DNA of 62,042 nucleotides from an uncultured Candidatus Saccharibacteria bacterium (GTDB lineage Bacteria; Patescibacteriota; Saccharimonadia; Saccharimonadales; JACDBH01). Under the pieces are notes generated by a model. That model searched no databases. It saw nothing but the letters and a program-made list of their open reading frames with translations, and was not told the origin of the DNA. Shown here in pieces: positions 55,861 through 62,042 of the stretch. Made by a program: the position numbers and the translations under genes. Position 1 is the first letter of the stretch; each line of letters opens with the position of its first letter. The DNA lies in NCBI GenBank assembly GCA_964642275.1, contig CAZXOA010000004.1, positions 1 to 62,042 on the forward strand. Direction: 5' to 3'.

Positions 55861-56553
55861 ATGCAAAACAGTACACCCCAAACAGGCCCGAGCCAAATCC
55901 CGGGACACGCCAGTGCGCCGCCGCCTCGGCAGACACTTCCGCCTGAGCCTCAAAAAAAGAAAGATATATATAAGAGAGAGGGCCTCAAAAGTATCCTCTC
56001 TACCGTCCTTATTATTGCCTTGGCACCTATTTTGGCGCTTGTGATTGTTGCCTTTGTATTTCAGTCGTATCAAGTAGACGGCCCGAGCATGCAGCCAACG
56101 CTCGAGACGAATGACCGGCTCATCATCTGGAAATTCGGCCGCACCTGGGCGCGTCTAACCGGTGATACCTACATGCCCGAACGGGGTGCCGTGGTGGTCT
56201 TTATAAAGAGAGGTCTGTACGATTTTAGCAGCGACCGAGAAAAGCAGCTTATCAAACGCGTCATTGGCCTGCCCGGGGACCGGGTTGTTGTGAGCGACGG
56301 CACTCTGACGGTATTTAACAACCAGAATCCCGACGGCTTTGACCCCGATAAACTACTTGGTATCACAGGCACTGTCACCGGAGAGATTACCGGCAACACC
56401 GATATCACCGTTAAAGAAGGTGAAATTTTTGTCGTCGGAGACCACCGCGACAACTCGCTGGATTCCCGAGCTTTTGGCGCGGTACCCGCCAAAGACATTG
56501 TCGGTACACTTTCGGCGCGTATCCTGCCCTTGTCAGAGGCGCATAAGTTCTAG
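55861..56553 (+). CDS. lepB: Signal peptidase I
   Basis: VDGPSMQPTL (Ser box), KRVIGLPGD (Lys box) and GDHRDNSLDSR. The start was trimmed to ATG 55861. Confidence 0.92.
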   Translation: MQNSTPQTGPSQIPGHASAPPPRQTLPPEPQKKKDIYKREGLKSILSTVLIIALAPILALVIVAFVFQSYQVDGPSMQPTLETNDRLIIWKFGRTWARLTGDTYMPERGAVVVFIKRGLYDFSSDREKQLIKRVIGLPGDRVVVSDGTLTVFNNQNPDGFDPDKLLGITGTVTGEITGNTDITVKEGEIFVVGDHRDNSLDSRAFGAVPAKDIVGTLSARILPLSEAHKF

Positions 56554-56630
56554 GGCCTACCCGCTCCTGCCGCTTAGCAGAGGAGGATCCTGCATCCAGT
56601 GATTGATTATGTGGGTGTAGAGAGACAGCC

Positions 56631-57503
56631 TTAGCCGAGCTTGCCGAGCAAGTCCACAAGATCATCCAGGTCTTCGTCTGTCTTGAACCTGATGACAAGC
56701 CTTCCGCCCTTGGCCATATGCGTAACACTTACCGGCCGGTTCAGAACCTTTGAAAGCTGCTCGGTCTGAGGCGTACTGGAAGCAGTTCTCTTTTGGGCCT
56801 TCTCTGCAGTTTTGCTGCCTGATTTGGTTGCAACCACAAATTGTTCGGCCTGCCGCACTGACCAGCCATGTTTCTGAATCAAGAGCAACAGCTCCTCTTG
56901 CTGCTGCGGAAAACCCTTGAGTGCAAGCACCGACCTGGCATGCCCTTCAGAAATTTTACCGCTGCGTAGAGCGTCTTGTGCAGAAGACGGTAACTGTAAT
57001 AGCCGTACCATATTATTCACGGTAGATTCGGCTTTGTTTAATCTCTTTGCAATTTGCTCATAACTGACATGGAAGAGTTCGTGCAGCCGGCCAATGGTTG
57101 CTGCTTGTTCGAGCGGCGACAAATCAACTCGCTGGATATTTTCTACCATAGCCATTTCGAGCTGCTCTAACTCTTTGGCTGTTCTGATAACCACCGGCAC
57201 CTTATCAAGCCCGGCCTGCTGACTGGCGCGCCACCTCCGTTCACCTGCAATAATCTGATAGCCGTCATCTTTCGGCATAACAAGCAGCGGCTGCAGTATT
57301 CCATACTGCTTTATAGAGTCCGCCAGTTCCGTCAGTGCCTGCGGGTCAAAGTCTCGCCGCGGCTGATCTGGATTTGGCTTGATGTCTTTAATGAACAATT
57401 CTTGTACTCGCTCTTTACTTCGGTCAACGAGCATATTTTCAAGATTTTGCGGCATGAGAGTGTCAAATCCCCTGCCTAAACCATGCTGTTTTTTAGCTGA
57501 CAC
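56631..57503 (-). CDS. parB: Chromosome partitioning protein ParB/Spo0J
   Basis: GLGRGFDTL, the arginine patch GERRWRA and an HTH region. 290 aa. Confidence 0.93.
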   Translation of the reverse strand: MSAKKQHGLGRGFDTLMPQNLENMLVDRSKERVQELFIKDIKPNPDQPRRDFDPQALTELADSIKQYGILQPLLVMPKDDGYQIIAGERRWRASQQAGLDKVPVVIRTAKELEQLEMAMVENIQRVDLSPLEQAATIGRLHELFHVSYEQIAKRLNKAESTVNNMVRLLQLPSSAQDALRSGKISEGHARSVLALKGFPQQQEELLLLIQKHGWSVRQAEQFVVATKSGSKTAEKAQKRTASSTPQTEQLSKVLNRPVSVTHMAKGGRLVIRFKTDEDLDDLVDLLGKLG

Positions 57504-58251
57504 GCTTCATCACCTCCTTTGCCAGACTTTTATATGCCCGCGCACCTTTCGACCATTTATCGTGTTCGGCAATAGGACGTCCAAAACTTGGTGCTTCTGC
57601 CAAGCGAACATTTCTCGGTATAACTGTTGTAAAAAAGCTGTTCCCAAAATGTTTGCTTAACTCACTCTTCACTTGATCAGAGAGGCTGTTACGAGGATCA
57701 AACATCGTTAGAACAACACCCAGTATAGATAGCTTTGGATTGATCGCATTCTGTACTCGTTCTATGACATTGAGAAGCTGGCTTAGTCCCTCAAGCGCAT
57801 AGTACTCAGCCTGCACCGGTATAAGCACATGATCTGAAGCTGATAATGCATTGACTGTCAACAGTCCGAGCGACGGCGGACAATCAATAAGTATATAGTC
57901 ATGATGAAATTGTTCGAGCACTTGCCTCAGCTGTAACTCTCTTTGAAGTGCACTCACCAGCTGCACTTCAGCACCAGCAAGATTTTGGTTGGCCGGTAGA
58001 ATTTGAACCCCATCAAATTCAGTACTTACCACGACACTTGGTGCAGTGGCGTGAGAAAACAGTACGTCGTACATTGTTTCGCTCAGAGAGTTCTTGTCTA
58101 TACCAAGCCCGCTCGTTGCATTGCCCTGAGGATCGAGATCTGCAATCAGTACAGATTTACCCGCCTTGGCCAGATAGCTCGCCAAGTTTATAGTGGTGGT
58201 TGTTTTGCCGACGCCACCTTTCTGATTTAGTACCGCTATGACAACGCCCAA
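57493..58251 (-). CDS. parA: Chromosome partitioning ATPase ParA/Soj
   Basis: Deviant Walker A NQKGGVGKTT. TTG start. It overlaps the parB start by 11 nt. 252 aa. Confidence 0.95.
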   Translation of the reverse strand: MGVVIAVLNQKGGVGKTTTTINLASYLAKAGKSVLIADLDPQGNATSGLGIDKNSLSETMYDVLFSHATAPSVVVSTEFDGVQILPANQNLAGAEVQLVSALQRELQLRQVLEQFHHDYILIDCPPSLGLLTVNALSASDHVLIPVQAEYYALEGLSQLLNVIERVQNAINPKLSILGVVLTMFDPRNSLSDQVKSELSKHFGNSFFTTVIPRNVRLAEAPSFGRPIAEHDKWSKGARAYKSLAKEVMKRVS

Positions 58252-58318
58252 AGTCTATACCCCATATATATATGTCCTCCTTAGCCTACCATATTTCACA
58301 AGACATTTCACACTAATT

Positions 58319-58356
58319 GCAGGGGCAGCCCCTGCTACAAGGGCTGCCCCTGCAAG
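58319..58356. repeat. REP-like GC-rich palindromes downstream of the RAYT gene
   Basis: GCAGGGGCAGCCCCTGC (58319-58335), then an inverted near-copy GGGCTGCCCCTGCAAG (58341-58356). Confidence 0.75.
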
Positions 58357-58977
58357 CTAATGGTCGGCTAATGCGTATTTGAGTTCGTCCATCATTTCTT
58401 TTTGCTGCTCATAGTCCGAGACAAAGACTAAATAGTCCTGCCTATCCCCGTCAAATAGCTCCAATATAGCACTGGTCACAAGCCAGTCGGGTTCGTTGCC
58501 GTCTCTGTAATAGCCATAACTTGAGTACGGCCACTCTTTATATTGCTTTGGATTCAGGTGAATATATCGGCTGATATGCAGCAGATAGGCGTCATCATGT
58601 ATCCGAGAGCTCCGAAATCTGCTCTGAAACAGCGGACCAACCCTTTTATTCTTTTTATTAAAGTACATAGTGTAGGCGGTACCTACCCTCAGGAGCAGTT
58701 GCGACAAAATTTCTGGCTTTTCACCGGTCTGTAGTAATAAATGGAAATGGTTTGGTATGAGACAAAACGCAGCGAGATTAATTTGGCCGTAAAATGTGAC
58801 ACCGTCCCTCCCATAACTATCCTTAGGCTTATCGGGACCCAAATACCTCTGAAGCAAGTTTAGGAATACTCTATAATCGTACTCCTCTTCGAAAATGATT
58901 CTTTTTTCGACGCCACGATTATATACATGATAGTAAGCATGCGGGATGAGTGTGCGCTCCGTGTTCTTTCGTGGCAT
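58357..58977 (-). mobile_element. REP-associated tyrosine transposase (RAYT) / IS200-IS605 Y1 transposase-like gene
   Basis: HUH motif PNHFHLLL, catalytic Tyr context SRYIHLNP and GPLFQSRF. GC-rich palindromes flank both sides. 206 aa. Confidence 0.85.
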
Positions 58978-59007
58978 GTCTGCATTTTACACTCCATGCT
59001 CAGTTTT

Positions 59008-59028
59008 GCAAGGGCAGCCCCTGCAAGC
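59008..59028. repeat. REP-like palindrome upstream of the RAYT gene
   Basis: GCAAGGGCAGCCCCTGCAAGC, the same core as the 58319-58356 copies. Confidence 0.75.
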
Positions 59029-59116
59029 AATATGATGCTGGTATGAAAAGGCTATTTACGAATGCTGCTATTTACCATAAGCTAGGTGTGATACTTAAGC
59101 TTACTCGGAGGTTATT

Positions 59117-59872
59117 TTGGGTCCAATTACTCCACGCCCGCGATCAGATGATGACATCGATGACTTTATGGCATCGCTGATTCGTAGAGACAGTCCTCCG
59201 GCATCAATAAAGCCCAAGAAACCCTTGCTTGCACGCAAGCCCGTGAGCCATCAAACACAGTCGGGCCCCACCCGTTCACAGGCCCCTTACCCCGCCCAGA
59301 AGAAAGCCGTGACAGAAACACCCCGTCGAACAACAGCCAGGCAAAGCACTCCTCGTGGCCGAAAGTTTATACGACCAATTATAACTATGCTCTCCATCAT
59401 AGTCGCCATAGCAGCAGGGGTATTGCTATGGCAGGGGCCAGTCTCTTCCCTGTTGCAGCCCAAGAGTCCTTTTAGCGAGGAGATCACATCCAGTATGAAC
59501 ATCCCGCTTTTCTATCCTACCTCGCCCCCTGCAGGCTTCAAGATAGAGGTAGATAGCGTCACACAACCAGAGCCAGGCGTGGTCCTCTATGTGATGAGTG
59601 ACGAAGAAGGTAACCGCATTAATCTTACCTTGCAGAGACAGCCAGAAGGTATTAACCTTGACCCGCTCTATGCTGCTCTAATCAGTACTCGCGAACTTAC
59701 AACAACAAAATTTGGCACTATCAAGACTGGTATTACTACTGAAAATATATCTATCACTAATATTCTTACTGGCCAGACTTGGATCCTAATCAATATGCCC
59801 AGAGATACCATAAACGATGAAGTACTCGTCAAAATGATAGACAGCTTCCGTGAGATCGAGCCAAAGCACTAA
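59117..59872 (+). CDS. Hypothetical membrane-anchored protein (disordered basic N-terminus, one TM helix, about 140-aa outer domain)
   Basis: TTG start preceded by GGAGG at 5-nt spacing. 251 aa. No family recognised. Confidence 0.55.
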   Translation: MGPITPRPRSDDDIDDFMASLIRRDSPPASIKPKKPLLARKPVSHQTQSGPTRSQAPYPAQKKAVTETPRRTTARQSTPRGRKFIRPIITMLSIIVAIAAGVLLWQGPVSSLLQPKSPFSEEITSSMNIPLFYPTSPPAGFKIEVDSVTQPEPGVVLYVMSDEEGNRINLTLQRQPEGINLDPLYAALISTRELTTTKFGTIKTGITTENISITNILTGQTWILINMPRDTINDEVLVKMIDSFREIEPKH

Positions 59873-59904
59873 GACAAAATCATCAGTCCCCAGAACTGGG
59901 TCGT

Positions 59905-59932
59905 GCTGGCTCGAATCCGGCCACCCATGCCA
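59905..59932 (+). pseudogene. tRNA 3'-end-like fragment (T-arm, acceptor 3' strand and CCA)
   Basis: GCTGG-CTCGAAT-CCGGC (GGCTCGAATCC versus canonical GGTTCGAATCC), then CACCCAT-G-CCA. No complementary 5' acceptor strand or anticodon arm lies upstream. Confidence 0.35.
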
Positions 59933-60032
59933 GTGTCACTTATGGTTCTTAAGATCATAGGCCCCGGCCTTCAAAACCCACCGTGTACTTCTAGGAAGAT
60001 GCTGCCCAACAGGAAATACATTAAACATACTC

Positions 60033-60058
60033 AAAAAGACGATGGCCATCGTCTTTTT
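60033..60058. terminator. Bidirectional terminator between convergent genes
   Basis: AAAAAGACGAT-GGCC-ATCGTCTTTTT, a perfect palindrome with A/T runs on both sides. Confidence 0.8.
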
Positions 60059-60104
60059 GAATATATTGTGTACCATCAGGAGAGCCTGATTGAGTCTACT
60101 ACTC

Positions 60105-62039
60105 TTACTGAATGATGAAGTAGTCGAATATGTACGTGTGGCCGAGATCTGGCGGGTTGACAAAGTGGATGGTAAAACCAGTAGGCGTTGTCTCTACATA
60201 GTAGACGGCACCCGCTGTAGCCTGGTTCTTAGCAGTCAGTGCAATCTTTGGCTGCGCGGTATAGGCACTGGTAAACGTGACTTTTACCTGTTCACCCGCT
60301 ACGGACGGGTTAACGCCTGAGGCTGCATAGGTAATCGAGCCGGCAATATCGTTGCCATTGATAGTAATGGTACCTGTTGACGCCGCTTGGGCTCCAAGGA
60401 CCGCAGTAGCCGGGTTACCGGCAGAGATGATTTTGCCACTTACCGTAATGTTACCTGCAAAGTTACCCTGCTCCACCGCCAGCAGACGGTTCTCTAGATT
60501 AGTTACCTTAACATCAAGCTGTTGGACACTTGTTACCAGAAGTGCGGTGATGACGTTGGGGTTGAATGAAGCCACTTCTCCATTAGCGTCATAGGTGACG
60601 GCTTGCGGGATAATACCCGCGACTGCTTCGGCAATGAAGCCATAGTCGAGCTGTCCGGTAGAAGTCCAAGTGTAGCTGACGGCCTGTAGGAGACGCAGCT
60701 CATCAAGGCCATAGGCACCAGCGGTCACATCAGTCTTAAACCGTGACGATGAGGTACAGCCAGCCAGTTGACCTGCGCTATTACGGCAGACGGCGGCAGC
60801 GGTGTCGGCAGTCGCTGCTGCATAAGTAACGATACCTGTAGTGATCCCTCCCGTAACATTGAGACCTTGCTTAAAGATAGCCGCACCCTGCACAGTCAGC
60901 CCACCGCCAATAGACACGCCACCCTGCAAATTGGCATCACCGGTCATATTGAGGGCGCTGTCATGGCCGCCGCCAGAGGTCATGACGCGGTTGGTGCCAT
61001 TTCTTCCTACTGCCACAAACAGGCCGTTGCCGTAGGTTATACCATGCCACCAGTTAGCTTCAGTAGCGGTGCGAGCAGTCCAAGTGATGCCGTCCGGGCT
61101 GGTCATGACGCGGTTGGTGCCTTCTGCTACTGCTACAAACATACCATTGCCGTAGGTGACAGAAAGCCAGAAATTTGCCTCTGCGGCAGTTCTAGCCGTC
61201 CAGGTGATGCCGTCTGGGGAGGTCATGACGCGGTTGGTGCCGTCAGATGAAACCGCCACGAAGAGGCCGTTGCCGTAGGTGACGGAGTACCAGCTGTTAG
61301 CTTCGGCAGCGGTGCGTGGGGTCCAGGTGATGCCGTCTGGGGAGGTCATGACGCGGTTGGTGCCACTAGTGGAAGTTGCTACAAACAGGCCATTACCGTA
61401 GGTGATACCAAGCCAACTATTAGCTTCGGCGGCGGTGCGTGGAGTCCAGGTGATACCGTCTGGGGAGGTCATGACGCGGTTGGTGCCGTTACCACTCACT
61501 GCCACAAACAAGCCATTGCCGTAGGTGATAGAGTACCACTGGTTGGCTTCGGCGGCGGCCCGTGGGGACCAGTCTATACCATTTGGGCTGGTCATGACGC
61601 GGTTGGTGCCGTCAAGAGATACGGCTACGAATAGCCCATTGCCGTAGGTGATGGAGTACCAGAAATTTGCCTCTGCGGCAGTTCTAGCCGTCCAGGTGAT
61701 GCCGTCTGGGGAGGTCATGACGCGGTTGGTGCCGTCAGATGAAACCGCCACGAAGAGGCCGTTGCCGTAGGTAATAGAACGCCACTGATTTGCTTGAGCA
61801 GCGGTGCGGGGGGTCCAGGTGTCAGCCTGGCGGAGGTTGCTAGTGACACTCAGTGTCCCCTGCACTTCTGTATGGCCAGATACTCGTAGACCAAGACCAA
61901 GATCATGCTGCATAGTCATGATATAAGTGCCATTGATACCAACAGCAACGAAGAGGCCGTTGCCGTAACCGACCGAGCGCCAACTACTATCAGCTGCGCT
62001 GGTGCGAGTTGTCCAGGTAATACCGTCTGGTGAGGTCAT
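60105..62039 (-). CDS. Large repeat protein, 5'-partial. Contains Asp-box (SxDxGxTW) beta-propeller blades, a beta-helix-like region, an internal S74-like intramolecular-chaperone domain and a 120-aa C-terminal module.
   Basis: At least 9 repeats of about 41 aa (NRVMTSPDGITWT.RTAAEAN.W..ITYGNGLFVAV). SSRFKTDV...YGFIAEAV...LENRL matches the endosialidase-chaperone (Peptidase_S74) pattern. The ORF runs off the window end. Confidence 0.85.
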   Translation of the reverse strand: MTSPDGITWTTRTSAADSSWRSVGYGNGLFVAVGINGTYIMTMQHDLGLGLRVSGHTEVQGTLSVTSNLRQADTWTPRTAAQANQWRSITYGNGLFVAVSSDGTNRVMTSPDGITWTARTAAEANFWYSITYGNGLFVAVSLDGTNRVMTSPNGIDWSPRAAAEANQWYSITYGNGLFVAVSGNGTNRVMTSPDGITWTPRTAAEANSWLGITYGNGLFVATSTSGTNRVMTSPDGITWTPRTAAEANSWYSVTYGNGLFVAVSSDGTNRVMTSPDGITWTARTAAEANFWLSVTYGNGMFVAVAEGTNRVMTSPDGITWTARTATEANWWHGITYGNGLFVAVGRNGTNRVMTSGGGHDSALNMTGDANLQGGVSIGGGLTVQGAAIFKQGLNVTGGITTGIVTYAAATADTAAAVCRNSAGQLAGCTSSSRFKTDVTAGAYGLDELRLLQAVSYTWTSTGQLDYGFIAEAVAGIIPQAVTYDANGEVASFNPNVITALLVTSVQQLDVKVTNLENRLLAVEQGNFAGNITVSGKIISAGNPATAVLGAQAASTGTITINGNDIAGSITYAASGVNPSVAGEQVKVTFTSAYTAQPKIALTAKNQATAGAVYYVETTPTGFTIHFVNPPDLGHTYIFDYFIIQ

Positions 62040-62042
62040 GAC
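60960..62042. repeat. Tandem 123-bp (41-codon) coding repeats
   Basis: The string GTCATGACGCGG recurs at 60979, 61102, 61222, 61345, 61468, 61591 and 61714 (spacing 123, 120, 123, 123, 123, 123). A truncated copy starts at 62035, at the window edge. Confidence 0.9.

Noticed and set aside
56631-58300. parS site (TGTTNCACGTGAAACA) in or near parAB.
   Set aside because: No inverted GTTTCAC/GTGAAAC pair was found. Only a direct TGTGAAAT repeat lies upstream of parA.
59857-59932. A complete tRNA gene ending at the CCA at 59930-59932.
   Set aside because: No 5' acceptor strand complementary to CACCCAT is present. The only upstream hairpin (CCCAG-AA-CTGGG) has a loop too small to be an anticodon arm.
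60960-62042. Regularly spaced 123-bp repeats that could be mistaken for a CRISPR array.
   Set aside because: The whole unit is repeated with no unique spacers. It lies in one continuous ORF and encodes propeller blades.

Overview
This is a gene-dense 62-kb window (about 65 supportable CDS, mostly on the minus strand up to 49.4 kb) from a compact bacterial genome. It is dominated by housekeeping genes. Translation: glyQS, serS, lysS, proS, rpmA, rpsB-tsf-frr, rpmE-prfA-prmC, prfB, hpf, an ABC-F ATPase. Secretion and proteolysis: secA, lepB, rseP, htrA, ctp, an M16 peptidase. Division and envelope: ftsE-ftsX with a PcsB-like CHAP hydrolase, an LCP protein, uppS. DNA: recO, xseAB, a PIF1-like helicase, parAB. 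Several traits fit a reduced, Gram-positive-like lineage such as Patescibacteria/Saccharibacteria. They are the short tsf, a ProRS without the INS domain, no pyrH or cdsA in the rpsB...rseP cluster, many short or leaderless 5' ends, and many small membrane-anchored hypotheticals. That placement is inference only. The genetic code looks standard: RF2 is present and TGA is used as a stop. I found no rRNA, intact tRNA or CRISPR array. The points most worth a second look are listed here.
1. Two diverged copies (about 74% identity) of a 113-nt long-hairpin element within about 145 nt of conserved sequence, with compensatory substitutions. One copy sits just upstream of rpmA. The two copies bracket an accessory operon.
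2. That operon encodes a response regulator, an unknown protein, and a protein with PARP-like H..E ADP-ribosyltransferase motifs.
3. A window-wide family of 7-nt-periodic tandem arrays. Some are paired inverted arrays in intergenic spacers, one with (G3N4)3G3 on both strands. Others are in-frame insertions in prmC and rsmE, which share an identical 27-mer.
4. A histidine-kinase-like and receiver pair in which both phospho-sites appear to be replaced by Glu, translationally coupled to recO.
5. An accessory right end with a RAYT-type Y1 transposase flanked by REP-like palindromes, a tRNA 3'-end-like fragment, and a large Asp-box propeller protein with an internal S74-like autochaperone domain.
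All functional calls rest on motif recognition by eye. No database search was run.
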